Positions 18,832 through 28,472 of a stretch of DNA of 64,000 nucleotides are shown here, piece after piece. Both the position numbers and the translations under genes were made by a program. Position 1 is the stretch's first letter; each line of letters begins with the position of its first letter. Origin of the DNA: Lysobacterales bacterium. Lineage in GTDB: Bacteria; Pseudomonadota; Gammaproteobacteria; Xanthomonadales; Xanthomonadaceae. A model generated the notes under the pieces. The model did no database searches. It was given only the letters and a program-made list of their open reading frames with translations, and was not told the DNA's origin. Where the stretch lies: the NCBI GenBank assembly GCA_019510195.1, contig JAEKKW010000056.1:35309-99308 (forward strand). Reading direction: 5' to 3'.

Positions 18832-19393
18832 TCCGAACATGCCCGCTGTCCGCAATCGCAATCGCCGGATGTTGCTGGCGATCGCCCTGTTGTTCCTCGG
18901 AAGCTTCGTGCTGGCCGGCGCCTTGCGTTTTTCCGGCTGGCGTCCGCAGGGCCTGAAAAACAAGGGCGAACTGCTGCAGCCGCCGACCGACCTGCGTGGT
19001 GTCGCGTTGCAACTCGCCGATGGCTCCGCCTATCCGTGGTCGCCGCAGGATCGGCGCTGGCGCATCCTCGCGGTCCCCGCGGCCGATTGCCGCGAACGCT
19101 GCGACAAGCTCGCGCACGATCTCGACATCGTCTGGCAGGCACTGGGCCACGATCGCGATCACGCCGACGTGTTGTGGGCGGGCGCGGTGCCGGCTGGCGC
19201 GCCAGGGACCAGCGCGCCGCGCGCGGTCGGACCACTGGATGTGCTGAAAGTCCGCCTGCCGCGTGCCGACGCGCCCACTGCCGCGGTGGTGTACGTGATC
19301 GATCCCAATGGCTTCGTGGTCTTGCGGTACGCTCCCGGGTTCGATCCGGCCGATCTGCGCATGGACCTCTCCCGCCTGTTGAAGCTGCAATGA
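18818..19393 (+). CDS. Membrane-anchored thioredoxin-fold protein, distant SCO1/SenC-like (C-x3-C)
   Basis: N-terminal TM helix (RMLLAIALLFLGSFVLAGAL), RILAVPAADCRERCDKL (C-x3-C where Sco proteins carry theirs), and VVYVIDPNGFVVLRY. Its start overlaps the surf1 stop, and its stop overlaps the ctaA start. Confidence 0.45.
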   Translation: MPMSDPNMPAVRNRNRRMLLAIALLFLGSFVLAGALRFSGWRPQGLKNKGELLQPPTDLRGVALQLADGSAYPWSPQDRRWRILAVPAADCRERCDKLAHDLDIVWQALGHDRDHADVLWAGAVPAGAPGTSAPRAVGPLDVLKVRLPRADAPTAAVVYVIDPNGFVVLRYAPGFDPADLRMDLSRLLKLQ

Positions 19394-20586
19394 GCCGACC
19401 CCTCGTTCCCGTGCTGTCCCGCCATTTCCATCGCCTGGCCTGGCTGGCGACGGCGCTGGCATTCACCGTGATCGTGTTCGGCGCGTTCGTGCGCCTGTCG
19501 AATGCGGGCTTGAGTTGCCCGGATTGGCCGACCTGCTACGGTCGCGCGGCGTGGCCGACAGCGACCAGCGACATCGCCAACCACGCAGCGACCGCGATCC
19601 GCGAACTCGATCCGACCAAGGCCTGGCGCGAGCAGATGCATCGCCATCTCGCCGCGACGCTCGGCTTCCTGGTGTTCGTGCTGGCGGTGATCGCCGCGCG
19701 CCGGCGTCGCCTCGGCATCCTGCAGGTGATCACCTCGGCGATCCTGGTCGCACTGGCGATCCCGCTCTACATGCGCGGCATGCACCAGGCATCGGCGGCG
19801 CTCGCGATTGCCGCGGAAGCGATATTGCTGGCGGCGGCGTGGCGCTGGAACAACGAGGACCTGTCGCGCGTGGCGATGCTGACCTTCGCGGTGATCATCG
19901 TGCAGGCGCTGCTCGGCATGTGGACGGTGACGTGGTTGCTGAAACCCGTCGTGGTGATGGGCCATCTGCTGGGCGGCTTCACCACGTTCGCGCTGCTGGC
20001 GTGGATGGCGTGGCGCGCGACCAACGTGCCGATCCGGCTTGCCGATACCCGCCTGTTGCGGCGACTGCTGATTGCTGGGGTCGTGTTGCTGACGATCCAG
20101 ATCGCGCTCGGCGGCTGGACCAGCTCGAATTACGCGGCACTGTCCTGCGGCGCCGGCAGCATGTCGATCGACAATTTCCCGAAATGCGCCGGCCACTGGT
20201 GGCCGACTGCCGATTGGCACAACGGTTTCGTGCTGTGGCGTGATGCCTTCATGGGACACGGCGGCGTCGATTACGAAGGCGGTGTGCTTGATGGCCAGTC
20301 GCGCATCGCGATCCAGATGGCGCACCGGATGATGGCCTGCGTGGTCTTCCTCTACACTTGGTGGCTGGGCATCCGCCTGATCCGCCTGCCGGGCATGCGC
20401 ACCTGGGGTGTGCTGCTGGCATTGCTGGTGACGACGCAATTCGCGCTCGGCGTCAGCAACGTCAAGCTGGCGTTGCCATTGCACGTGGCGGTGCTGCACA
20501 ACGCCGGCGCAGCGATCCTGCTGTTCCTGCTGGTGTCGCTGCTGGCGCGCATCCAGCGTCCATTGCGGGCGGCGCAACCGGCATGA
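19390..20586 (+). CDS. ctaA: Haem A synthase (COX15/CtaA)
   Basis: Track ORF 19036..20586, with the start at ATG 19390 ([19 protein letters not shown]). [11 protein letters not shown], paired His motifs, about 8 TM helices. Confidence 0.9.
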   Translation: MSRPLVPVLSRHFHRLAWLATALAFTVIVFGAFVRLSNAGLSCPDWPTCYGRAAWPTATSDIANHAATAIRELDPTKAWREQMHRHLAATLGFLVFVLAVIAARRRRLGILQVITSAILVALAIPLYMRGMHQASAALAIAAEAILLAAAWRWNNEDLSRVAMLTFAVIIVQALLGMWTVTWLLKPVVVMGHLLGGFTTFALLAWMAWRATNVPIRLADTRLLRRLLIAGVVLLTIQIALGGWTSSNYAALSCGAGSMSIDNFPKCAGHWWPTADWHNGFVLWRDAFMGHGGVDYEGGVLDGQSRIAIQMAHRMMACVVFLYTWWLGIRLIRLPGMRTWGVLLALLVTTQFALGVSNVKLALPLHVAVLHNAGAAILLFLLVSLLARIQRPLRAAQPA

Positions 20587-21506
20587 CGAGCTGGGCGCAC
20601 TACTGGCCGTTGACCAAGCCGCGCGTGGTGGCGCTGATCGTGTTCACCGCGCTGGTCGGCATCTGCCTCGCGATCCCCGGCCTGCCGACCGCGGAAGACC
20701 TGCGCCATGGCGCGCTCGGCTTGCTCGGCATCTGGCTGGCGGCGGCATCGGCGGCGGCGATCAACCATTTGATCGATCGTCGCATCGACGTGCTGATGGC
20801 ACGTACGCAACATCGTCCCCTGCCAACGCATTCGCTGACGCCGCGCCAGGTGCTGGTGTTCGCGTTGCAGCTCGGCGCGGCGTCAATGGCGATCCTGGTC
20901 ATCGGCGTCAACTGGATCTGCGCGCTGCTCACCTTCGCGTCGCTGATCGGTTACGCCGTCGTCTACACCGCATGGCTGAAACACGCGACGCCGCAGAACA
21001 TCGTGATCGGTGGCCTGGCCGGCGCCGCACCGCCGCTGCTCGGCTGGTCGGCGGTCACCGGCATGCACGGTCACTGGGATTGGCCGTACGCGTTGCTGCT
21101 GGTGCTGATCGTCTTCGTGTGGACCCCGCCGCATTTCTGGGCGCTGGCGATCTTCCGTCGCGCCGACTACGCGAAAGCACTGGTGCCGATGCTGCCGGTG
21201 ACGCACGGCGTCGAATACACCCGCAAGCAGATCCTGCTCTACACCATCCTGCTGGTCGCGGTGAGCGTGTTGCCGTGGGTGGCGGGCATGAGCGGCGTGT
21301 TCTACCTGGGCGGCGCACTGTTCCTTGGCGCGGTGTTCGCCTGGTATGCGTGGAAACTGCAGAATCCGCCCGACGAGCTGTTCGCCATGCAGGTGTTCAA
21401 GTACTCGATCATCTACCTGATGGCGCTGTTCGCCTTCCTTCTCGTCGACCATTGGCTGCTGCCGTGGTTGCGGCCGGTGCCGCCGTTCGTGATGGAGCGG
21501 GTTTGA
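20583..21506 (+). CDS. ctaB: Protohaem IX farnesyltransferase (haem O synthase)
   Basis: Track ORF 20358..21506, with the start at ATG 20583 (ATGA overlap with ctaA). [40 protein letters not shown]. Confidence 0.93.
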   Translation: MTSWAHYWPLTKPRVVALIVFTALVGICLAIPGLPTAEDLRHGALGLLGIWLAAASAAAINHLIDRRIDVLMARTQHRPLPTHSLTPRQVLVFALQLGAASMAILVIGVNWICALLTFASLIGYAVVYTAWLKHATPQNIVIGGLAGAAPPLLGWSAVTGMHGHWDWPYALLLVLIVFVWTPPHFWALAIFRRADYAKALVPMLPVTHGVEYTRKQILLYTILLVAVSVLPWVAGMSGVFYLGGALFLGAVFAWYAWKLQNPPDELFAMQVFKYSIIYLMALFAFLLVDHWLLPWLRPVPPFVMERV

Positions 21507-21521
21507 GGCGCTGGATCGGGT

Positions 21522-22559
21522 TTAGTGCCCCAACAATCGCGTCACCCCGATATTCACCAGCAAGCCACCCACGATCAACCACGCGAACAACGTCGTCGCC
21601 AGCAGCAACGGCTTGAGTCCGGCCTGGCGGATCGCGCCGGCATGCGTGCGCACGCCGAGCGCGCCCATCGCCATCGCCAGCAGGAAGGTGTCGATCATCA
21701 GCACTGCATCGACCAGCGCCTTCGGCAGCAGGTGGAAGGAATTGAACGCGCCGACCACCAGGAACAGGATCGCGAACCACGGGATCACGATCGGTGCGCG
21801 CTTGCCGCCGGTGTCGCTCTTGTCGCGCAGCCAGGTCGACAGCAGCAACAGGAACGGCGCCAGCAGGATCACGCGGATCATCTTCTCGATCACCGCGATG
21901 TTCGCGGCTTCGTCACCGACCGATTTGCCGGCGACCACCACCTGCGCGACTTCGTGCACGCTCGAGCCGACATAGAGACCATAGGCGTGCTGGGTGAAGC
22001 CGTGGTGTGATTGCAGCAACGGCCAGAACAGCGGATACAGGAACATGGCGATGGTGCCGAACACCACGACCGTCGCCACCGCGACCGAGACCTTGTGCGC
22101 CTGTGCCTTGACTACAGGTTCGGCGGCCATCACCGCGGCGGCACCGCAGATCGCCGCGCCCGAACCGATCAGGATCGAGCTGTCGCGATCGAGCTTGAAC
22201 ACGCGACGGCCGAGGAACAATGCAAGCAGGAAGGTGCAGGTGACCATGATGACGTCGACGACAATCCCGGTTGCGCCGACGCCAAGGATGTCCTGGAAGG
22301 TGAGGCGGAAACCGAACAGCACGATGCCGACGCGCAGCAGGCGCGAACGCGCGTAATCGACGCCGGGTCCCGCGTGCCCCGACATGCGCGGGAACACGCT
22401 GTTGCCAAGGATGATGCCGAGCACGATGGCGGTTGGCAGCGCGCTCATGCCAAAGCGCCTGGTCCACGGCTCCAGCAGCATTGCGGCGAGGGCGAGGGCG
22501 GCAGCGAGCAGCAGGCCGGGCAGACGGGCGCGCCAGGGGTTCAATGTCGTGACAGTCAT
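21522..22559 (-). CDS. yeiH: YeiH/UPF0324 family putative sulfate exporter
   Basis: Track ORF 21522..22802, with the start at ATG 22559 (MTVTTLNPWRARLPGLLLAAALA). About 10 TM helices and the YeiH-like blocks AIVLGIILGN and GSGAAICGAAAV. Confidence 0.75.
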   Translation of the reverse strand: MTVTTLNPWRARLPGLLLAAALALAAMLLEPWTRRFGMSALPTAIVLGIILGNSVFPRMSGHAGPGVDYARSRLLRVGIVLFGFRLTFQDILGVGATGIVVDVIMVTCTFLLALFLGRRVFKLDRDSSILIGSGAAICGAAAVMAAEPVVKAQAHKVSVAVATVVVFGTIAMFLYPLFWPLLQSHHGFTQHAYGLYVGSSVHEVAQVVVAGKSVGDEAANIAVIEKMIRVILLAPFLLLLSTWLRDKSDTGGKRAPIVIPWFAILFLVVGAFNSFHLLPKALVDAVLMIDTFLLAMAMGALGVRTHAGAIRQAGLKPLLLATTLFAWLIVGGLLVNIGVTRLLGH

Positions 22560-22596
22560 GGGGTCGGGATGGCTGGAAGGGAGAGGAGGCTCGTGC

Positions 22597-24309
22597 TCAG
22601 GATGCGTGCCGCAGTCGCAACAGTTCGCGCAGTTCGGTTTTTTCGTCTTCGCCGAGATCGCGGATGCGCGATTGCAGCTGGTCGATGCGTTGCTGGGTCG
22701 TCTGTTTCGACAGCTGCGCCAGCACGCCATCGAAATCGAGCGTCCATTCTTCCGGGCCGCCGGGCTCGCTCGACGTGGCGAGCTTCTGCAATGCGCCGGC
22801 ATCGGGATGATCGGAGAATGTTTCGAGGATGCCGGCGGCGGTCAGTCCGGGTCGCGCCTTCAGCACGTCGAGCAGCTCGATCAACAACGGAACGCCCGCC
22901 AGTTGCAGGGATTCGAATTCGTAGGGGGCGGGCGCGCGTTCGGCCAGCGGCGGATGTTGCAGCAGCAGGGTGATGGCGTGGCGGACCAGGCTGCGCTTCG
23001 CATGCATGTTCGAATTCGACGGCGCTGGTGCGCGCGCAAACGCATGGGCATCGGTGACATCGACATTGGTGAGTTCGCGGATGCGCGCGACCATCGCGTC
23101 ACGGAAACCGCCGTCGGGGATTTTCGCGATGTCGGCGCGGCAGCGATCGACGAGCGTCGCCTTGCCGGTCACCGAAGTCAGCGACACGCCCTGCATGCGT
23201 TCGGCGAAATACACTTCGGACAGCGGGGTGGCGTGCGCCAGACGTTCCTCGAACCTGGCGTGGCCTTCCTGGCGGATCAGGGTGTCGGGATCCTCGCCAT
23301 CGGGCAGGAACAGGAAGAACGCCTGTCTCCCGTCCTTCATGCGCGGCAGCACCGATTCCAGCGCCTTCCACGCCGCGCGACGACCGGCGGCGTCGCCATC
23401 GAAGCAGAACACCACGTCCGGCGCGTTGCGGAACAGCAGTTCGGCGTGCTCGGGCGTGGTCGCGGTGCCGAGCGTGGCGACCGCATAACGGATGCCGTGT
23501 TGCGCCAGCGACACCACGTCCATGTAGCCTTCGACCACCAGCAGGCGTTCGAGTTTCGGATTCGCCTGGCGTGCCTGCCACAGGCCGTAGAGTTCGCGGC
23601 CCTTGTGGAACAGCGCGGTTTCCGGCGAGTTGAGGTATTTCGGGGTGTCGTCCTTGTCGAGCACGCGGCCGCCGAAGGCGATCACGCGGCCGCGGCGATC
23701 GTGGATCGGGAACATCACGCGATCGCGGAACTTGTCGTAGACGTGGCCCTTGTCGTTGCGCGAGAACAGACCCGAGCGTTCCAGCAGTTGCATGCGCCGC
23801 TGGTCGGTGCCGAGTTCGTCGCGCAATCCGTCGTAGCCCTGCGGTGCGTAACCGATGGCGAACGCTTCGCGGGTCGCGGCATCGACGCCGCGCTGGTCGA
23901 GATAGGCCTGCGCGCGGCTGCTCGACGCGAGCTGGCGCTTGAAGAACGCGGCGGCGGCATCGAGCGCGCCGAACAACGGCTGCGTTTCCGGATTGGCGGC
24001 GCGCTGGGCGGTATCGCGCGGGATTTCCATGCCGGCGCGCCTGGCCAGCTCATCGATGGCATCGAGGAATTCGAGGCGATCGAACTGCATCAGGAAGTTG
24101 ATCGCGCTACCGTGCGCGCCACAGCCGAAGCAATGGTAGAACTGCTTGGCGGGCGAGACGAAGAACGATGGCGAGCGTTCGTCGTGAAACGGGCAGCATG
24201 CGGTGTATTCGTTGCCCTTCTTCTTCAGCGGCACCCGCGCATTGACGATCTCGACCACATCGGTGCGGTTGAGCAGGTCGTCGATGAAGGCGTCGGGAAT
24301 GCGGGCCAC
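22597..24309 (-). CDS. dnaG: DNA primase
   Basis: GTG start at 24309 gives (M)ARIPDAFIDDLLNRTDVVEIV. Zinc ribbon CCPFHDERSPSFFVSPAKQFYHCFGCGAHG and Toprim EGYMDVV/FDGDAAG. The start overlaps the upstream GNAT stop by 1 nt (TAGTG). Confidence 0.93.
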   Translation of the reverse strand: MARIPDAFIDDLLNRTDVVEIVNARVPLKKKGNEYTACCPFHDERSPSFFVSPAKQFYHCFGCGAHGSAINFLMQFDRLEFLDAIDELARRAGMEIPRDTAQRAANPETQPLFGALDAAAAFFKRQLASSSRAQAYLDQRGVDAATREAFAIGYAPQGYDGLRDELGTDQRRMQLLERSGLFSRNDKGHVYDKFRDRVMFPIHDRRGRVIAFGGRVLDKDDTPKYLNSPETALFHKGRELYGLWQARQANPKLERLLVVEGYMDVVSLAQHGIRYAVATLGTATTPEHAELLFRNAPDVVFCFDGDAAGRRAAWKALESVLPRMKDGRQAFFLFLPDGEDPDTLIRQEGHARFEERLAHATPLSEVYFAERMQGVSLTSVTGKATLVDRCRADIAKIPDGGFRDAMVARIRELTNVDVTDAHAFARAPAPSNSNMHAKRSLVRHAITLLLQHPPLAERAPAPYEFESLQLAGVPLLIELLDVLKARPGLTAAGILETFSDHPDAGALQKLATSSEPGGPEEWTLDFDGVLAQLSKQTTQQRIDQLQSRIRDLGEDEKTELRELLRLRHAS

Positions 24310-24794
24310 TACATTTCCGCAAGCTTGCGCAGTGCTGCGCCGCTGACGCGCTGGACCGTCCATTCGTCCATGCCGACGGCGCCAAGCGAGCGATAGAAAT
24401 CGATCGACGGCTGGTTCCAGTCCAGCACCGACCATTCGAAGCGGCCGCAATCGCGCGCGATCGCCAGCTTCGCCAATTCCACCATCAGCGCCTTGCCGAG
24501 CCCGGCGCCGCGATGGTCCGGGCGCACGAACAGGTCTTCCAGATAGAGGCCGGGCTTGCCGAGGAAGGTCGAGAAATTGTGGAAGAACAGCGCGAAACCG
24601 GCGGGCGTGCCATCGACTTCGCCGATCAGCACTTCTGCCGCCGGCTTCGGTCCGAACAGCTGCGCGTGGAGATCGGCTTCGGTGGCGACCACTTCATGTG
24701 CAAGCCGCTCATATTCGCCGAGCGCGCGAATCAGCTCGAGGATCAGCGGCACGTCGGCGGCGATCGCCGGACGAATGACGATGCGCGCGCTCAT
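24309..24794 (-). CDS. GNAT family N-acetyltransferase (diamine/SSAT-like)
   Basis: LEDLFVRPDHRGAGLGKALMVELAKLA (acetyl-CoA R/Q-x-x-G-x-G/A motif), 161 aa. Confidence 0.85.
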   Translation of the reverse strand: MSARIVIRPAIAADVPLILELIRALGEYERLAHEVVATEADLHAQLFGPKPAAEVLIGEVDGTPAGFALFFHNFSTFLGKPGLYLEDLFVRPDHRGAGLGKALMVELAKLAIARDCGRFEWSVLDWNQPSIDFYRSLGAVGMDEWTVQRVSGAALRKLAEM

Positions 24795-24799
24795 CGCGA

Positions 24800-25246
24800 T
24801 CAGCCGGCGAGCTTCTGCTTCACCAGTTTCGACACCTCGGACATGTCGGCCTTGCCGGCCAGCTGCGGCTTGAGGACGCCCATCAGCTTGCCCATGTCGG
24901 CGGCGCCAGTGGCACCGGTCTGGGCGATGGCGGCATCGATCGCGGCGGCAATCTCGCCTGCGTCCATCTTGGCCGGCAGGTAGTGCTCGATGATCGCCAT
25001 CTCGTCGCGCTCGATCGCGGACAGGTCTTCGCGGCCGGCCGCGTCGTACTGGCTGATCGAATCGCGGCGCTGCTTGACCATCTTCTCGAGCACGGCCAGC
25101 ACGGCGGCATCGTCCAGCTCGATGCGCTCGTCGACTTCCCTCTGCTTGATCGCCGCATTGATCAGGCGAATCACGCCGAGACGGGTCTTTTCGCCGGACT
25201 TCATCGCGGCCTTCATGTCGTCGGTGAGCTGGGTCTTCAGGGACAT
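24800..25246 (-). CDS. yqeY: GatB/YqeY domain-containing protein
   Basis: MSLKTQLTDDMKAAMKSGEKTRLGVIRLINAAIKQREVDERIEL..., a typical YqeY sequence in the usual position between rpsU and dnaG. Confidence 0.9.
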   Translation of the reverse strand: MSLKTQLTDDMKAAMKSGEKTRLGVIRLINAAIKQREVDERIELDDAAVLAVLEKMVKQRRDSISQYDAAGREDLSAIERDEMAIIEHYLPAKMDAGEIAAAIDAAIAQTGATGAADMGKLMGVLKPQLAGKADMSEVSKLVKQKLAG

Positions 25247-25351
25247 TGTGGATTCCTTAAAGGCGAGGTCTCGCCAAGTGAGTGCTGGCAGCGCGTTGCG
25301 ACGCGTTCAGCAGTATTGCGCGTGAACGTCAGCGCGCCCCCCAGAAATGCG

Positions 25352-25383
25352 AAAAGCCGGTCACGCTCGCGCGTGCCGGCTTT
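25352..25383 (-). terminator. Rho-independent terminator/attenuator downstream of rpsU
   Basis: The minus strand reads AAAGCCGGCACGC-GCGA-GCGTGACCGGCTTTTC (10-bp GC stem with one bulge, then a U-run), 24 nt after the rpsU stop. It is analogous to the T1 terminator of the E. coli rpsU-dnaG-rpoD operon. Confidence 0.55.
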
Positions 25384-25406
25384 GTCGATCCGGAACCGCA
25401 AGCGGC

Positions 25407-25622
25407 TCAGTACAGGCGCTGGCGCTTGGTCACGTCACGCGACATGCGGCGCGACTGGCGCTTCACGGCGGCAGCGGCCTTGCGCTTGCGTTCCTGGGTC
25501 GGCTTTTCGTAGAACTCGCGCTTGCGCACTTCGGCCAGCACGCCTGCCTTCTCGCAGGTGCGCTTGAAGCGGCGCAGGGCAAATTCAAAGGGTTCGTTTT
25601 CGCGGACTTTGACGGCAGGCAT
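25407..25622 (-). CDS. rpsU: 30S ribosomal protein S21
   Basis: [48 protein letters not shown]...RLY, 71 aa (inner part of track ORF 25407..25733). Confidence 0.97.
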   Translation of the reverse strand: MPAVKVRENEPFEFALRRFKRTCEKAGVLAEVRKREFYEKPTQERKRKAAAAVKRQSRRMSRDVTKRQRLY

Positions 25623-25716
25623 GTGATGTTCCGAGTGGAAACCGACCAGATGGCCGGAGTGAGCCGGGGATGATAGCCCATTCACCGGGAACCGCGCAAG
25701 CCGGTATCCTGAGTGG

Positions 25717-26748
25717 ATGAAAGTGCTGGGCATCGAATCCTCCTGCGACGAAACCGGTGTGGCGGTCTACGACACCGCCCTGGGCGGCGCGCGCGGACTG
25801 GTGGCCCAGGCGGTTTACAGCCAGATCGAGCTGCACGCCCAGTACGGCGGGGTGGTGCCGGAACTGGCCAGCCGCGACCACGTGCGCAAGACCCTGCCGC
25901 TGGTCCACCAGACCCTGGACGAGGCCGGGATCAGCCCCGGCGAGATCGGCGGGGTGGCCTATACCGCCGGGCCGGGACTGGTCGGGGCGCTGCTGGTCGG
26001 GGCCGGGGTGGCGCGATCGCTGGCCTGGGCGCTGGACGTCCCGGCGATCGGGGTCCATCACATGGAAGGTCACCTGCTGGCGCCGCTGATGCAGGACGAG
26101 GACCCGCCAGCGCCGCCGTTCGTGGCCCTGCTGGTCTCCGGGGGGCATACCCAGCTGATCCATGTCGAGGCGATCGGCCGCTACCGCCTGCTCGGCGAAA
26201 CCCTGGACGATGCCGCCGGCGAGGCCTTCGACAAGACCGCCAAACTGATGGGCCTGCCTTATCCGGGTGGACCGCAGCTCGCCGCGCTGGCCCAGCAGGG
26301 CGTGCCGGGACGCTTCCATTTTTCGCGTCCGATGACCGATCGCCCCGGACTCGATTTCAGTTTCAGCGGATTGAAGACCCAGGTGCTGCTGGCGTGGCGC
26401 GACAGCGACCAGTCCGATGCGACCCGCGCCGACATCGCCCGCGGTTTCGAGGACGCGGTGGTCGACACGCTGGCGATCAAGTGCGAACGCGCGCTGGAGG
26501 CGGCTGGTTGCGACACCCTGATCGTCGCCGGTGGCGTCGGCGCCAACCGGCGGTTGCGGGAAAAATTGCAGGCGACGGCGACCAGGCGCGGCGGTCGCGT
26601 GGCGTTCCCGCCGCCGGCGTTGTGCACCGACAATGGCGCGATGATCGCCTTCGCCGGTGCCTTGCGATTGCAGACCGGGCAGCACGAGGATCTCGGCATC
26701 CATGTCGTGCCGCGCTGGGACATGGCGACGCTTCCGGAGATTGCATGA
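25717..26748 (+). CDS. tsaD: tRNA N6-adenosine threonylcarbamoyltransferase
   Basis: [51 protein letters not shown]. Divergent from rpsU, as in many gammaproteobacteria. Confidence 0.96.
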   Translation: MKVLGIESSCDETGVAVYDTALGGARGLVAQAVYSQIELHAQYGGVVPELASRDHVRKTLPLVHQTLDEAGISPGEIGGVAYTAGPGLVGALLVGAGVARSLAWALDVPAIGVHHMEGHLLAPLMQDEDPPAPPFVALLVSGGHTQLIHVEAIGRYRLLGETLDDAAGEAFDKTAKLMGLPYPGGPQLAALAQQGVPGRFHFSRPMTDRPGLDFSFSGLKTQVLLAWRDSDQSDATRADIARGFEDAVVDTLAIKCERALEAAGCDTLIVAGGVGANRRLREKLQATATRRGGRVAFPPPALCTDNGAMIAFAGALRLQTGQHEDLGIHVVPRWDMATLPEIA

Positions 26749-27101
26749 GCGACATCGTCTTCATCGAAGGACTGGAAATCGACGCGCTGATCGGCATCTA
26801 CGACTGGGAACGGCGCATCCGCCAGACGCTGGTGTTCGACGTCGAGATGGCGTTCGACAACCGCGTTCCCGCGGCCAGCGATGACATCGGGGACACGCTC
26901 AACTACAAGGCGGTCAGCAAGGCGCTGATGGCCTACGTCGAAGGCACCGGTTTCGGGCTGGTGGAAACGCTGGCGGAACGCTGTGTCGAACTGATCCTGC
27001 GCGAGTTCAAGGTGTCGCGGGTGCGCCTGAAGCTGAGCAAGCCGGGCGCGGTGCGCGGCGCGCGCGCCGTCGGCGTCATCATCGAACGGACACGGGACTG
27101 A
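26745..27101 (+). CDS. folB: Dihydroneopterin aldolase
   Basis: [35 protein letters not shown]...LNYKAV...[15 protein letters not shown] overlap with tsaD. Confidence 0.9.
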   Translation: MSDIVFIEGLEIDALIGIYDWERRIRQTLVFDVEMAFDNRVPAASDDIGDTLNYKAVSKALMAYVEGTGFGLVETLAERCVELILREFKVSRVRLKLSKPGAVRGARAVGVIIERTRD

Positions 27102-27102
27102 C

Positions 27103-27591
27103 ATGGGGAAGGCGCTGTTGAGCCTCGGCAGCAATGTCGATCCGCGGCGCCACCTGCAGGCGGCGGCGGAAGCCTTGCGCGCGAGGTTCGGCGATGTCCG
27201 GCTGTCGTCGATCCATCGTTATCCGGCGGTCGGCTTCGCGGGCAGCGATTTCCTCAACGCGGCGGCGGTGATCGACAGTGACCTCGATCCGCAATCGCTC
27301 AATGACTGGCTGCACGCACTGGAAGACGCGCACGGACGCGATCGCGGCGGCCCGCGTTTCGGCGATCGCACGCTCGATATCGACATCGTCTACTACGACG
27401 ACCGGGTGATGGAAGGCGAGGGCCATCTGCAATTGCCGCGGCCGGAAATCCGCCATGCCTTCGTGCTGAAACCGCTGGCAGAAATCGCGCCGTGTTTCAT
27501 CGATCCGGTGCAGCGCGAATCACTGGCGGCACTGTGGGCGCTGCATCCCGATCACGATGCGCGGTTCGACCGGGTCGACTGGAACGCGTGA
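27103..27591 (+). CDS. folK: 2-amino-4-hydroxy-6-hydroxymethyldihydropteridine diphosphokinase
   Basis: LSLGSN, RFGDRTLDIDIVYYDD, LQLPRPEIRHAFVLKPLAEI. Confidence 0.9.
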   Translation: MGKALLSLGSNVDPRRHLQAAAEALRARFGDVRLSSIHRYPAVGFAGSDFLNAAAVIDSDLDPQSLNDWLHALEDAHGRDRGGPRFGDRTLDIDIVYYDDRVMEGEGHLQLPRPEIRHAFVLKPLAEIAPCFIDPVQRESLAALWALHPDHDARFDRVDWNA

Positions 27592-27597
27592 CGGAGG

Positions 27598-28344
27598 TCA
27601 GCCGTCGAGCAGGCGGCCGCCGTCGATGTGCAGGATTTCGCCAGTGGTGAAGCGCGCGGACGCCAGCAGCCAATGCACCGCTTCGGCGATGTCCTGCGGC
27701 GTCCCCGTGCGCGCCAGCGGCGTGCGCGCGACGATCGCGGCCTGGCGCGCGGCATCGACGCTGTCGCGTTCCGGCCACAGGATGGCGCCTGGCGCGACGG
27801 CATTGACGCGGATGTCCGGCGCCAGTTCCAGCGCCAGCGATTTCGTCATCATCACCAGTGCGGCCTTGCTCATGCAGTAGGCGGAATGCACGCGCAACGG
27901 GCGTTCGCCGTAAATGTCGGTGATGTTGACGATCGCGCCCTGGCTCGCGCGCAGATGCGGAGCGGCAGCTTGTGCAAGAAAGAATGGCGCGCGGACATTG
28001 GCATCGAACAATGACTGCCACTGCGCTGGCGTGGTCTTGCCGATCGGTGTCGGGAAGAAGGCCGAGGCGTTGTTGACCAGTCCGTCCAGTCGCCCGAAAC
28101 GTTCGATGGTGCGCGCGACCAGTGCTTCAGGCGCGTCGGGATCGGCGAGGTCGGCCTGCAGCAGCAGCGTGCTGTTCGATCGTGCCGCTTCCAGTGCGTC
28201 GCGCAACGCGACCGCTTCCGCTTCCGAGCCGCGGTAATGCAGCACGATGGCGTACCCGTTGGCATGCAGATGACGCGCGATCGCCGCGCCGATGCGTTTG
28301 GCGGCGCCGGTGACGAGAACGACGGGAGAGGATGCGGCATCCAT
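27598..28344 (-). CDS. Pteridine reductase / FolM-like short-chain dehydrogenase
   Basis: VVLVTGAAKRIGAAIARHL (TGxxxRIG), NNAS, and YCMSKAAL (YxxxK). Adjacent to folB-folK. Confidence 0.8.
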   Translation of the reverse strand: MDAASSPVVLVTGAAKRIGAAIARHLHANGYAIVLHYRGSEAEAVALRDALEAARSNSTLLLQADLADPDAPEALVARTIERFGRLDGLVNNASAFFPTPIGKTTPAQWQSLFDANVRAPFFLAQAAAPHLRASQGAIVNITDIYGERPLRVHSAYCMSKAALVMMTKSLALELAPDIRVNAVAPGAILWPERDSVDAARQAAIVARTPLARTGTPQDIAEAVHWLLASARFTTGEILHIDGGRLLDG

Positions 28345-28472
28345 TTCGCCAATGCTCGCATGCTCGACGTGACTGCGCCGCCTTGACCCGCATGGGCGAT
28401 ACTGTCCAACGCGTCGCCACGCGCCGGCAGTACCCGTCTGGCGAGACCAATACCCTGAGAAATGCCGACAAA

